Assembly: GCA_036172245.1 (NCBI GenBank)
Contig: JAYWIR010000001.1
Coordinates: 10,044,001 to 10,108,000 of the forward strand
Origin: Raillietiella orientalis
Taxonomy: Eukaryota
Length of the DNA: 64,000 bases
Direction: 5' to 3'
The position numbers and the translations under genes were made by a program. The notes under the pieces were generated by a model. It worked only from the letters and a program-made list of their open reading frames with translations. It was not told the DNA's origin and ran no database searches. Positions 26,501-39,673 of the stretch are shown in pieces; positions within the stretch are counted from its first letter, which is position 1, and each line of letters starts with the position of its first letter.

Positions 26501-27100
26501 CGTTCCGTTTCGGAGGCGCTCCAAGTCAAAAAAGACTTCCACTCGTTGTCGTTCGGCGTCGTGTCCAGAATCGAATTTCATCTCTCTCCCTTTCCTTCTC
26601 TCTTTTTTCTTTTTTCAAACTTCCGAGTTCCTTAATTTTATGGTGGTAAGCAATGATTTAAGAGCCAATCATTTTTCCATTGACTGTCCCTAATTTGTAG
26701 ATAATCAGCAGCTGTTCCATAGCTGATCGCATTTTCATTTTCGCTTTTAATGCTTTTTACTTGCTTCTCCTTTCCTGGCTGCAGTTCGAACCCGCGCTTA
26801 GGTTCCTTCAATTCCCTGGAGTCGAATCTCTAATCCTCTGAACGAAACGCTTCTGGAGTACCTTTCCTCCTTCCTGAGGGGAGAGTCATCGATACGCATT
26901 TTTCTTTTGCTTTTCGTTTCTCGGAACATTGAAAAACCCAAGAAAATGAGGAAACTCTTGTTAATCACCGAAGCAAGAGACCTTGAGGAACGCGAGGACC
27001 GAGTGCAGATCGCAATTTCCCTCAGGAGGTACCTGAAGCGTCTTCCAAGAAAGACGGAAACGACGAACAAGCAGAGAGCAAACCGAATCCCTCCCTCTAG

Positions 27101-27292
27101 AATTCAGTTGTCTTCCGAGGATAATCTGAACCTTGAGAACTCTTTCTCCAACGAAGGGTGGAGAAAGAGTCTCTTCCCCCCTTCCCCTCCCTTTCTCCTC
27201 CCTTTGGGCAAAGAGAAAGCACGTGCGGTGGCGTTCGCACGGTGCCACCTTCGGGAACGTTTTGATTCCAGTGCGGCCTCACTGTAGCACCA
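27101..27292 (+). repeat. Dispersed repeat family 2, copy a
   Basis: aattc.gttgtcttccgagg.taat.tgaaccttgagaactctt...ctccctttgggcaa.gagaaa.cacgt...cggtgccaccttcgggaacgt.ttgattccagtgc shared with copy b. Confidence 0.85.
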
Positions 27293-27831
27293 ACGTCTCA
27301 CATTTCGGAAGGCGAGGAAGAGAAGGTGGAATAAGACGGAGAGAGAACTCCGCCACGAAAAAGCGTGTCCTTACAAGGTTGGTGGCGCCGCCATCCGAAG
27401 GTCATTGGTTTCCGTCTCATTGCGGAGGATCTGCAGAGCTGTCGCGCTCCGTTGAACGCTGAGTCGGTCGCTCCGGATGTCGCCGAGATCATATACACAA
27501 GAATGACATCACTCTGAAGACTCAGGATAGACCCGTGCCACGCTTACAGCTGTTCGCATTGAACCCTGCTCCACGTCAGGCTCTCCAGGGGCTCCCTCAC
27601 CGGAGTACTGCTACCGCCACCAAGATCCGCACCGACGAGATACCAAGATGGCCACCCTCGCGACCATCCAGAAAGGAGGAGGAGCATTTTCGACACCCAT
27701 CTCCAGAGACGGAGGTCTATTGGGCAGCGGATCCTCTGAGAGCACTCCTCAGAAGATCCCGGCTTCCATGGTTTCTGCCTTCCCCTCCACCACGCCATTC
27801 CGGACAGCATGTCGGTGGACCTTCCCTTTGA

Positions 27832-28030
27832 AATTCGGTTGTCTTCCGAGGTTAATTTGAACCTTGAGAACTCTTCCTGCTCCCTTCCTCCTTTCCTGCT
27901 CCCTTTGGGCAAGGAGAAAACACGTACGCCGGCTTTCGAGCGGTGCCACCTTCGGGAACGTGTTGATTCCAGTGCAGCGGTCATTGCAACGCCAAAGTCC
28001 CCTGCCAGGGCAGCCAGTCTCTTCACTGAG
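27832..28030 (+). repeat. Dispersed repeat family 2, copy b
   Basis: As copy a; its 3' end ctgccagggcagccagtctcttc is also shared with copy c. Confidence 0.85.
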
Positions 28031-29139
28031 GGGTCCGACTCCGGTTCCCGACCCGTTCATTTCTCAGTAGAGAAACGCCCCCGGCGCGACTCGGTGGAAA
28101 AAATTCTGTGGTTTCCACGATCCTGCTTCCCCGTATCAACCAATCCCTTTCCTAAGATCCAGAGAGATCACGTCGGGGCGCAGCCGACCTCTGTTTCTTC
28201 CCACAGAGTCTCCCTCATGCAAAGGAGGAAATGCGATCCGGCCAGTCGTCCTTCCGGCATCGAATCGGAAAAAAAGAAAACCAAACCTGACAAAGAGGAG
28301 GCAGCCATAGAAGAGGGGGCAAAATGATGGCTCCAAACGAAAACAAGATGGAGGCTCGCATGTTTGGCGCATTCGAGCGACGACATCGAGAACCTAGAGG
28401 AGGAATCCATAGGGAGAGCGCAACGAGGCGGAAAAGGAAGACGTCTTTGATCGAATGGCCGGAGCCTGGGTAGCGCAAACACAGCCAGGAGTTCGCTCAG
28501 GAGGGGAACCTTGAGGAACGCGTGGCGGATTCGATCCGAAGCTGACGCGCCGTCCTCATGCAATTTTAATCGCGCAACCGGGAATCGCTCAGAGCTCTTC
28601 CCAGCTTGCGGAACGCGCCGGCCCTGCCGATGCTTCCCTGATCCCCGGCCATGCGGTAGCGAGGAGTGTCGACCCAGGGAGCACGGAGGTGAGAAGGCGC
28701 TCTCCTGCCCGCCGCAGACGCCGCACTGTCGGCCGCAACACAAGTGCGTGCATCAAGGAAGGCTCCTCCATAGGAAGAAGGAGGAGGAGGCCCCGCAACC
28801 TGAGTTCCGGTGAAGCTGAAAGAATGCGTCAGGGTCAGCAGCTGAGTCTGAAGGGCGTGGAAACCACGGCCGCAGTTGTCTTCGGCTCCTGCTTGCATAA
28901 CTGGAGGACGGAGACAGCGAAGGAAAAGAAGGGAGAGAAAGAATGGGGGAGGGAAAGTCCGTAAACCCCTTGAGAGAGAAGTTCTCATTCTCGTTCCCGG
29001 TAGAGGATTTCGAGAGAGCGGTTTGCGATTTGGGACTTCGTCAGGATTTCGAAAGAGTGGCTCCCCTCAAGTCGGACAGGAGAGCTCTGCCATGGTTTTC
29101 TTTGTGGATGTACAGTATCTCATGCCATTCGGAACACTT

Positions 29140-29725
29140 CTAGTAGGTTACTCCAGGAGGGGACTACCCTATGAATCCAGGAAGGTCCTGAAGTCAGCAG
29201 CCCATTTCTGTTACGCTTGGCAGGGATCCCCGAAGGAAACCTTGCCCCTATTCTCACCTCAGAGATCCTTTGGTTTGTGGGGATCTCTCCATTGTTTCTT
29301 CTCCGAAGGGAATCCGGAAAGGATTCGTTCCTGAAATTTCTTCTCCGCAGAGAACCCTCAAGGGGACCGCTCCTTGTTTTTTCTCTGAATAGAACCTCGA
29401 AGGGACATTTCCCAATTTTTCTGGGGAGAGCTTCTTACACTCTGGAGAGACATCAACCGGCTCCATGGTACGCGATGGTACGGCTCCATTCTTACAACCG
29501 GAGCGGAACCTCGAAGGGAAGAGGTGCTCCTTGATTCCTGGAAGGATCCTGGAGGTTCAACTTCCAATTCCAACCAGCCAGCAGGGTACATCCGGTTTCC
29601 AGCTTCCATCAGTGCCGCACCCGAAGGCCGGCATGCCAACCAGAGCCATTCTGAGGGGGACTCGAAACCTACGACGCACCCATTCTCTGACGTCGATGTC
29701 TCCCTGAGCAGGATTCGAATCCGCT
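29140..29725 (-). mobile_element. SINE-like family 1, near full-length copy
   Basis: actaccctatgaatccaggaagg, ttacactctggagagacatcaaccggctccatggtac, cagtgccgcacccgaagg, ggattcgaatcc. Confidence 0.75.
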
Positions 29726-29837
29726 ATGTCTGGCAATCAACGGGAGGTATTTGGGGAGCAGTATCAATTTCCCGTGCAAGGGTGTGTGGTCCTGTTCGTT
29801 AAGAATCTTCAGAGGTCGGGAATTACTTACTATGAGC

Positions 29838-30020
29838 GGCTGCAGAGAAGAGACTAGGAGCCTTGGCAGAAGTCGCTGGCGCTGCAATGGCGGCCACACT
29901 GGAATCGGAACCGTTGGAAAGCTGATGCACGTGCTTTCTCTGTTGCCCAGATAGGGGACGGAGGACAAGAGAAGGTGGAAGAGGAGGAGGAGTTTGCAAG
30001 GTTCAAATTATCCTTGGAAG
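29838..30020 (-). repeat. Dispersed repeat family 2, copy c (inverted, more diverged)
   Basis: On + : cactggaatc, gcacgtgctttctc.ttgccca and caaggttcaaattatccttggaag are reverse complements of blocks in copies a and b. Confidence 0.75.
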
Positions 30021-30379
30021 CGCCCTCTTGGAACTCGCGTTCCCTGGCGATCCTGTTGCCTAAAGAGAATCACTCTTCCCTTCCACTCGGTTTAAAGGCG
30101 GACAGATCCTGGATCCGCCAATTCCTCCAAACATCCTTCTTCATTAAAAGGAACTCGACGGCACCTGTGAGATGATGAAAAATCGCTAACCCTGCGAATT
30201 TGCCGAACATTCCATCACTTTGTTCTGCTGGTTCCATCGAGGACGAAATTCCGCGGGCTGTGTTGGGGTATGTCTCGCGCTCCTCATGATGCTCCATTCA
30301 TCTGCTTGTTCACAATCCCTTGGCTGATAAGAGGATGTGTTTTTTTTTTTGTACGAGCTTTCTGCGCAAGCCCGGCTGT

Positions 30380-31130
30380 TTCCACCGAAGGGGGCACTTT
30401 TCCTGGTCTGACCTTGCTTCAGGGTACATTCACAAAAAGGAAATCCCGCCGTGCTTTGACGTCAGAAGAACAGGAATTGAGTCTGTAAGAAGGTGGATCA
30501 AGGGCATGGATTTATTATTCAGAGAAAGTGCTATGGAGACCTTTGCAAAGGATGGCTCTGTCGTGGCGGGAACAGGATGCACTTCCGCTCAGCTCGTCTC
30601 TTAATTTGACGACGGACGACCTTGGCGCGCCAACTAGGAAAGTCTCTCTCTGATCGCCATGGCGTGAGGAAAAGAAGCGGCCCTGCTGCAGGATGGAGCA
30701 ATTCACTGTCATAGCTTCGGTGTTTCCTCTTTTCGAAAAGATCATATCGTTGGAAATTTTGTTCTGAATAGCATGTGGAGGCCTCACTGACTCCACTGAC
30801 CTTACCTTCTGATCTGGAGGCAGGCAAATATAGCGGCAATAACGGAAAACGTCACACAGCTTCCTGCTGGAGCTACCGCTTTTCTGCTACTGGTCGTGTG
30901 TGTGCTTCAGAGAGAGGTATGAAGCTGCGGGGATGCTATCGCTCGGACACACTCAAGGGTGGCCTCTTCTTGCCAATTTTCGTGGACCCAAGGAGCTTGT
31001 CGGATTTCAGAATTTTCTTGCGACTTCAACATTTTACGTGGCAACTCAATTATTTTTACCAACAGAAGCCTCATCGTGCGCCTGCAAGAGCAAATGCCGT
31101 CAATCTACTGGCCGAGAAGGGTCAAGTGTC
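30380..31130 (+). pseudogene. More degraded ankyrin-like segment
   Basis: Fragments VSTEGGTFPGLTLLQ, DLLFRESAMETFAKDGSVVAGTGCTSAQL, YLLIWRQANIAAITENVTQLPAGATAFLL and ANAVNLLAEKG in different frames. Confidence 0.45.
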
Positions 31131-34100
31131 TTTTTGCGGCCGCTTCTTCGTTCCTTTCTTAGAGGGGGATCTGATAATGAAAGGTCAGCTATCCACATAC
31201 TTTTATATGCCGTTTTAGCGCGAGATTGGAGTCCGAGTTTACTGCACTCTCAGTGACCAGTCAGTCCCCTTTGTAGGAAGAGCTCCTTTTGATTTCTTTC
31301 CTGGACTCTTCAAAGTTTTTATCACCCGGTCACTCCCAAGGGGCGTTTATTTTTTAATAAGAAAGAAAACCAGTCGGAAACTGTGTTCCCAAGCGAAGAC
31401 TAAAGAAGTTCAAGGGAATGGTCCATTGACACGCAAGCCAGGACATCTAAAAATAGAAAACGGAAGGGAAGGGTCAATGGATATATAAATGAGAGGAGTA
31501 TGAGGACAGGATTTACCGGTTTCGGCCGTTTCTTCCTTTCAGAGCCGGTGCAGGACTCCAGCCATCTCCACCTTGACTTCCTCTTTCAGATGAGGCTACC
31601 TTGCGGCCGTCCTCACGGTGACCTCCGTTCGCCGCGCCTGCGTCTGAAGCTCATGGCAGGTCAGGACGATGGCGCAGGAGCAACACGTCGTCGCCATCAC
31701 TGCGCCAGCCGAGAGTCCTCTTGGCGCAAAGAACCGCTGTAGCAGGTCACGGACGGTATCCCCCTGTTCTTGAAGCTCCGAAGCCAGCCTCCGCCACAGT
31801 TCGTGGTACGAATCGCAGTCCAAGTGCAGGTGCGGTGGAGGGATCGACTGCGCCGACCCGCCCTCTGGCGTAGTTCGGAGGGATGCAATCCCCCGCGGAA
31901 ACGGGGTGCAACCACTGAATGCACTGGAGTCCGCAGCTCAGGAACGGTCTGTTTCCAGGGTAACGCAGCTGTGTCCAAACTTCAAGGTTGCATCCACTGC
32001 GTGCGACCAAATGAGCATCGCCTCGTTCTAAAAAGCGTCGAGAAGGTCAAAACGCTCCTGGCGATTACTTTCCCCCCGGTAAGCGCTCCTCGTTGGAAGG
32101 TTTCCTCACAACGAGTGCTTTCTGAGGGCGTAGCTGCAACCCCCAGTTCCTGCTTGAAGCCACGGGAAGGCGGCCTGAGCTGGAAAACCGTAAAATGAGG
32201 GACACTGCGGAGGTTCAAGACGCTCTTGTCCTGCTCCCTATTCGCGAAGTTCATCGAGATCACATGGTGCCAAGAGGTCCGTCCGTCTGTGCAGGCGGGC
32301 GGCAGGTTCACCCGCGACAGTGGAAGGAATTTTCGGGGAGCGCCACCACCCCGCGAAGCAAACCGCAACGGCTTCCGCGGCAGGCCAGCTGCCACAGCGA
32401 AACGTGGAGAGCGGCTCTTGCGGAGCCCTTGCAATCCACATCCGCAAGCTCTGCCTCTTCGGAGGGCTCTCATGGGCTTCATCCACACCGAGAATCCATA
32501 GGGCCGGCTTCCCTTTTCCAGAGACTCCTTGTCTCCAACATTCGGACCATCGGCTCGGTGTGCGCCTTCACCTTCCGCCTCGTTCCTGCTGCCAACTGTA
32601 AGGTCCTTCAGAACCTTTTGATTTCTGGAGTACTCCGGAACACCACGATGACTGTGAGGGCTGCCTGATGGCTGCATCATCCACCTTCTCATTTCCACCC
32701 TTATCCCTTCTTTCTTGGGGCGGTCTTCGGCGAAGACACTTTCAGAAGAAGGCAACAAGAAACGAGCTCGCTTACGGTGGCAACATCACCCTTGTCGCCA
32801 GCAGGACATCCCGCTTCCCTTCGCGCAAACGGGAACAGGGAGTGCTTTCCCTAAATCCGGAGTCCAGGATTCTGTTTTGGAACGCAGAGCGCAGTCACAA
32901 CGTGGGTGCCTTGCTCCGACCAGTCGCAAAGTGGCCCCTCCCTCTTGCATGAACACCTCTGTGTTCCCCTTTCCGTGAAGGAAGGACGTGCTCCTGCTGT
33001 TGCATTGAGGTTTCCATAGCAATCAGCGAGAAAACCTCGTTTCCGGGGGAGTAACCTCCCCAAACTGCAGAAGGTGAGGAGTGGTGGAATCGCTCCCGCA
33101 CCCGCTCTTTGACTGCAATGCCCTCCAAGGACTGTGGAGGGGGCTGCCTTCAGCGCTCCCGCACCAGAAGAACACCTCCATCGACGTCATTTGCCGCTTC
33201 TTCAAGCACGGTGACCTCTCGCTAGGTGCAGTCATCGCAACGATCAGTTGCATCCGCACCATCGTCATGGCCCACCACCTGTTGGAATCGCGAGCCAGCA
33301 TGAGGTCACCAACATTGCCAACGCCAGCATGAGGATGGCTGCCAGGTAGCCTCACATCAGGAAGAAGGCAGGAAGAAGATATCTGGCATTCAGTATCGGT
33401 TCTGAGAAGAAGGAACGGCCGATACCCAGACCCCTGTCCCCTCCCCTCCTCCCCGTTCGTATATTTTTGTATTTATTTATTGTCCCTTTCTTCTCGTTGC
33501 GGACTTTCAGTGTGCCCGACCTGCGTATCCGCCAGGCCTCCCCTCGAACTTGTCCCTTTGCCTGGGTGCTTTATTCCCAGATGATTTGTTCATTCGTGAA
33601 TGAACGTCTCGGCGCAACCGGATAAGAAACCGGCCGCACAGAAGAGCGCTCGCTCTCCAAGCGTGGGATGGCAACCTCGGGTCGAAGAACGTTCCGGGCT
33701 AGAGCGGGGTCGAAGGTCCTCCTCAGAGCAGTGGACCATGCTGGCCGAGGAAACCTCCGTCGGCGGAGCGCTGGCGTGCTCCGCCGAAGCCCGGCTAATG
33801 AACCGGGCAGAAGAGTCCGCGCGCTTCCATCTTCCATTGCCCGTGCCCCGCAGCTGCAGAAGAACAAGCGATTCAGCGAAATCGCTGCATGCAATTTTGC
33901 GGAATTAAAAAATGCAAATTACCGCCTTAAACCTTTCTTCGGGGTAGCGGCGACCCTCTGCAGCAGAGGAACGAATCTAAAAAATCAATGATCATAATCC
34001 AGTCGTATTATACAGGAGAGTGATGCTCCTGAGAATAAGTGCGCGAGATAAATAAGGAGCATTGGTCTAAGGGGACTGCGGGATTGCCCCTGTGAGGATC

Positions 34101-34279
34101 AGAGCAGCAAGAATGGGTTGCGTTTCTTTCCTGGAGCGCCTCCCCATTCCCGGTTGCTGCAACGAAAAGCGCGTATTTTGGGGAATGGGAATCCTCACTA
34201 ACGAACAAACTCGGCGGACGCATCCGTGATGAGGAACTTATGCTAATGGATTACTTTCTGTACACCCTCCGAAATCTCT

Positions 34280-35230
34280 CGCGTGTGAACTTACGGATCC
34301 CTACCGCAACCCTTTCCTTGACTGCGATCAGGAAGGGAAGGGGGGAGGTGCACCGGAAAGATGAGAGAAGGAAAGGGCTGCTGCCGGCAAAGATGACCTG
34401 GGTACTCTTCTCCATGAATTGAGCCCTCCCGAGAAGAATGCACTTCTCGTCTTTCACCTTGACTTTTCGAGTGTTTTGGCATCTCACCAGCAGCCTAATC
34501 GCCCCTGAGCTCGGAGTGGCCAATCCGTGAAAGCGCTGCTTTCCGAAACACCACGCTCGATGTGTGGGACGATTGCTCCTTCCGTCCCGTTCCTTTGACC
34601 GGACTGCCTCTCAGCTGAAGATGCATGCCCACGCTTGTGTATCCTTCGTCCCTTTGCTCACCCACGATCAGTTTCCTGGAACTGGGAGTTCGGCTTGGCG
34701 AAACGCAGAGAACCGGACACCGGGTTCTCGAAAAAATCAAGCTGAAGGAAAGCATCCAGCAGGTAGGAGGGAATACAAAGTCATTACTAGGCAATCTTGT
34801 TTGATTAGGTAATCCAATCAGACGGAAACACTGGGAAGTCTGATCCAGGTGTTTTGCTCAGACAGATTTGCGTAAGAGAGATTTTACCTATAATAATGAA
34901 AGATGCTTTGCGCTATTCTCCAGAGACGCTTCATCTTATGAAGACTAATGGATACCAGCCGTGACACGGAAGCTTTTCATGGTCCATTTACTGCCATTAC
35001 ATCGTTCGCAGATTTGAAGTTCTTAAAGAGACTGCTCCTGCTTTTGTGTTGATTAATCTAAAGAAATGAAGGATGAACAAAAGGCAAGCATCGCACGTCA
35101 GCTGTCAGCATACATTCTTTCTGGAGATGTCGCACGAGGAGGTCACAGTTCCTGCACTGCGTGACAGCCTTGGGTTATCTGATCATTTTCAGCACGCATC
35201 CTGCTTTTGGGGCAATCGTCGTACTGCAGT
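34280..35230 (+). pseudogene. Heavily degraded ankyrin-like segment
   Basis: Fragments LTAIRKGRGEV, KDDLGTLLHEL, VPLLTH..RNAENRTP, FLHCVTALGYLII and HASCFWGN; each is weak alone. Confidence 0.3.
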
Positions 35231-35599
35231 GAACGTGAAGAGTGTTTCTTAGGAACGGCTTACCAAGTGAGCTCGTTTTCCGAAGGCCATGGACGGCTTG
35301 AAAAAGCAGTCACTGTAGAAACCGCTGCCGCCGCTTGATTAACCTCAGGGAAGATGCAGCTCCATCGCCTCAACTCTCGAGAATGCAGAACAGAACCAAC
35401 ATGCTTTTCCAGAAACGAAAGATGCCCGCAGTTGCCAACGCGTGGACGGGTGTCGCAGGTTTCGGCCTCCATGCTCTGTCCGTCCTCAGTGATCGATCCC
35501 GTGATTTCGAAACACTGAGCATGTAGATGCTCACGAAATTCGGTTGAGCTTAATGATGGAGATCCTTTCGAGTTCTTCCTCTTTCGATGCTCTCGCTCC

Positions 35600-36240
35600 A
35601 GTTTTTTTTTTGTTTTTTCGGAATTCTCTAGGAGTACTGAAGAACCATCCGCCTCCTCAGAGGAGGATCACCGCAATTCCGACCATTTTACCATTTTGAT
35701 CAACTAAGCGTACCTCACTGTCCACCTTTAACGCTGTCCACTCCAGCCAAGGGTGCGTGCAACTCTTGAGGTGATGAGGACACGCCGTAAAGACCACCCT
35801 ATGCATCCAGAAAGGCTCCGGAGGAAGAAGTCCGTTCCTCTTAAGCGTGGTAGGGGACTTCGAAGGGAATTCCCCTCCCTGGCTGTCTCCAAAGAGAACC
35901 CTTTCCTTACTTTTTTCCGGAGGAATCCTCCGGAGGGTATCATTGCTCATTTCCCCTCCGAAGGGAACTTGGAAAGTCTCCTGAATTTCTCCTTCCTTCT
36001 CCAGAGGATACCTGCAAGGGAACCGCTTCTTGTTTCCTCCTCTGAAGAAAACCCGGAAGGGACGCTTTCTCTGAGAGGCGTTTTCTCGAAAGGAGAAACG
36101 CTCTTCTTACACTCTGGAGAGGCAAACAGGAAAGAATCGAAACCCATGACGTTGCCCATTTGTACGCGTCGATCCTTACACGGAGGGGATTCGAGCCCGC
36201 AACGCTCTTGGTGCCGCATGCGGACACAGCCGCATGGCCG
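35600..36240 (-). mobile_element. SINE-like family 1 copy (internally deleted), inserted in the ankyrin relic
   Basis: T-rich tail then gtactgaagaaccatccgcctcctcag, caagggtgcgtgcaactctt, ttacactctggagaggca, gcgtcgatcctt..ggggattcgagcccgc. Confidence 0.72.
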
Positions 36241-36569
36241 CCAACGCGGGCAAACTGTTCCTTCCCAGATTCCTCCTGCCTTACGGCAAAGGAAATGCGA
36301 TCGCTGCTCGGACACGAAATCTGTTCTTTGATCTTCTTTTCGATTCGGAGCTTTTCTGTATCCAAGACCCTCCCTCACATGGAAGCGGAAATTTCCAAAA
36401 TCTTCCCTATCCGGAGATCCGTCCTCTTCTCTGTTTTCGGAATTTCAGGAGGAAGACTGGGAGTCAGCTGCAGTCCTCCCTCCCTCAGTAGAAGAAGTCG
36501 ACAAGGCGCTCCGACTGAACTTTCCAGAAAGCCCAGCTTTCGATTCAATGGATGAGTGAGCAGAGAAAA

Positions 36570-37065
36570 CGTGGGGCAAACGTGAATTCTCGAGCAAGAA
36601 TTCAAGGTCGTGCGTCACTTCATCTCGCTTGTTTGAGAAGATTTGAAGACACTGCTCGAGGCCTCCTAAGTATCCAGCCATGCACTTGTTGATGTGAAAG
36701 CACACAATAAGATCATTCCTTTTATCCTTGCTCCGTCTGCTCATCACGTGAACATACTAAATCTTCCTCTTGGACAACAAGGTTGATGCTGATGCGAGAA
36801 CCCTGGATTCAAAGACTACGCTTCATACTGCTGCTAGCTGTTCAAATTTCTCAATGCTATAGCTCCTCTTGGAGGAGTCAATGCCAGGAGTCACCACTTA
36901 TTGACGGCGGTTCATTTGGCTATGAGGCTGGGAATATAGAACTGATAGAGCTTCTCCTAGATCCCTATGCCGATACCAACGCCAAGGACGCGTATGGATT
37001 AAGTGCACTTCATGTTGCCAACAGAAGGGCGAACCCAAATTCAGTAAACTCTTCTTAGACACTAC
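36570..37065 (+). pseudogene. Ankyrin-repeat pseudogene segment (~5 repeats, with frameshifts and a stop)
   Basis: Across frames: RGANVNSRARIQGRASLHLACLRRFEDTARGLL / HALVDVKAHNKIIPFILA..HHVNILN / FLLDNKVDADARTLDSKTTLHTAASCSNFSML*LLLE / GVNARSHHLLTAVHLAM / GNIELIELLLDPYADTNAKDAYGLSALHVA, with ~33-aa periodicity and the ankyrin consensus. Confidence 0.8.
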
Positions 37066-38654
37066 AAGGCATCTGTAGTGTAAAGGAAGAATTCCCAGGT
37101 TTTGCGTTCTGTGCGCTGTGGTGAGAGTACGTGTTAGCGCAGCTGAGCGATTTCCACGTTGATTTCTATTCCAGGGAGCCAACTCTAGGTAACACCCACG
37201 AATGCAGCAGCTCGCAACTCATCTTGATGGCAGCTTGACGTCTGGCATCTGCGCACTGCAATTCGGCGCCTAAGGCTTCCTCATTCGGCAGGGTTGCCAC
37301 CGTGCCTGAGGGGCATCCGGTGCACTTCGCAATGTCCGATGTGTTCGCCTACGCACGGACGCGCATGCTGCGCACAGTTGCGCCTTTGGGTCGTCAAGTA
37401 CGGGAGTGTAGTACGTGGATTGAAGTGTACTCACAAGCGCACACGTGCTTCAAGGTGTTCTCGAAAATGCGTTTTGCTTTCCTTCCAACGGTTTCATTAT
37501 TTGCTTCTGTTGGCCATCACCTGCTTTCGATGGCACTCTTTCCGTCTGGTGAGGGCGAAGACTGGTTGCCTCGAGCAAACTCGCTCTCAAGCTGCCTTGG
37601 ACGTTCGCGCTAGGAAGGATTCTGTGCAGTCTCTGAATGCTAAGGTCCCGATCATCACCCAGGAAGATTTTCATTCAATTCATAAGGACTGATCTGTGTC
37701 TCCTCCTAACGATCCTAATGTGCAGAAGTGAATCAGGAGGCGCACAATAACCGCGAGATGGAATGATCAGGAAGCGGAAGTTTCCTGGACACATTTGTGT
37801 GAGGATCCCGAAACCGGATGGCAAAATAGCCTGAACCTACCAAAGAGTGATTGCCGGGAAGCGTGCTTCCTTCCTTCCCAGTAATCATCCCAAATTGCAG
37901 GAAAGATTTCGATTTTCCAGAGAAGTGCTGCAAGTGCATGACGGAACGTCTTGGCACAGGGAGAATAAATTCCCGAAACCTACAGCAGCCCAATGCTCAT
38001 CGGCTCACAAACCGGAGAGATTGACCAGCACCTTTCCGATGCAAGCAGATAGACGAGTGATCGTGACGAGAGACGAGAGATGGGAGATTTTTTTTTCCCG
38101 AAGCCAGCTCCAAAAACCTCTTCCCAAGAGAGGTCAGTGTTTTGCCGCCAGGGGCATTGCAGCGCTCAGCAAGGGTGCTCGAAAATCCAAAACAGTTGAG
38201 ACGTTACCAGAAATGCTCACGTCCCCGAAAGGAGTTCCGAGACCCTAGATACGTTTTCAGATGGAGGTCATGGAGGATTTAGATTTAGCAGGAATGATCG
38301 AGAAATAGCCTGTCAGAATTTTTTTCCAAATTTTCAGATGCTCTTATGAGAGAGAGAGGGGGGGGGAGGTAGGGGAGAAGAATCGATACAATGTCTGATG
38401 TTGGATTCCCTTCAGAACATCCAAGAGACCACTGCTGGATCCAAGATTGCGATGGAGAATGTCCGTATTTACGAAACATGGAGAGCTGGAAAGAAAAGCT
38501 GGCGAAGACCTGGACCGCAACGTTTTAGAGAAAATGACGTCTTTTTGCACAAGGGCAAGCCGAAGTGGTCCGTTGCATGTTGGAGGAAGACGTCTCAAGA
38601 AAGAACAGCAAAGGAGAATGAATCTTATAGTCATCTGATTTCCCTTTTATAGGG

Positions 38655-38880
38655 CAACTCCTCGTTTCTTCCTCGCAGGGAACCCGGAAAGGATCCTCTC
38701 CTGGAATTCCTTCTCCAGAGGGAACCCGCGAGGGAACCTCTCCGTGCCTTCCTTCTCCTCTGAAGAGAACCCCGAAAGAACACTCCCTAAGGTGGCAGTG
38801 TGCTCCTTACACTATGAAGAGGTATCAGCCAGTCCCACGGAACGTGATGGAGCGTAAAGGATCCCCGGAAGGATGACAAC
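38655..38880 (-). mobile_element. SINE-like family 1, internal fragment
   Basis: ggaaaggatcctctcctggaattccttctccagagggaaccc, ctctgaagagaaccccgaa and ccttacact match central blocks. Confidence 0.6.
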
Positions 38881-39673
38881 GCTCTCCCTTTACCAGTGAC
38901 GAGCAACCATCATGAACCAAAAATAAACTGAGAGCGATGCCGCGATGCTTCTGTAAGTACACTGAAGCATCGCAAACCCTGAAGGTGTCTTCTGCCCGGC
39001 TCTCACCGATCAGAACAGGGAAAGAGGCTCCAAGATCGTGCGCGGATTGCTGTTCGGCAAACTCATAAAAGGATGCTGTTTGCACCAAGGTGACAGTACA
39101 GCCTGAGGACCGACGCGCTCAGAGTACGCAAGCGAAGAGCAGTACCGATGGAAGAAGACTCCTCGAAAATGACTTCAGGTACTGCGCGGGTTCCTTGAGC
39201 CCTATCGGTTTCAAATCCTCCCTGAATAATGCAGCCGCTGTTTAATGAAAGTCGTCGGCTAGCTGTTCTGAAATGGTTCGCCTACCAACCATCGACGGAA
39301 ATCGAATTAAACTAAAAAGAGGACTCCTTTTTAATTCAGATAAAGCCTGCGTTGAATTCATAATTCAGATGCTTTGATGGGGCCTCCTCCGCGCGAGCTT
39401 GGTGATCGAGACACGAGCCCGGACTTCGGAATGCAAAGAGGAGGAACCGGCTTCCAAAACTTCCCTTTTTTGCGGGCCACTCGGAGCTGGACCCAGCGTC
39501 GGTGTTCTCCTTCCAGCCATCGCATCCCTTGTGCATCCATTCTAAGTGTGTGAACATCAGGAAAAGAACACGAGAAGATCTTCGTGGAAGAGCCAGCGGA
39601 TCGGGAATTCCAGCGTCCCGATAAAGGAGGTCACTGGCAGCAGACGCGTTCTTATCTGAACTGGCCAGGGGGA

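Noticed and set aside
12658..30020. CRISPR-like or other regularly spaced repeat array
   Set aside because: Repeats are long, dispersed and irregular, with no short repeat-spacer periodicity and no cas genes.
38360..38650. Caspase p20-like fragment (ELERKAGEDLDRNVLEKM..LIVI) downstream of the ankyrin relic
   Set aside because: No SHG or QACRG motif found and the spacing is off; too weak to call.
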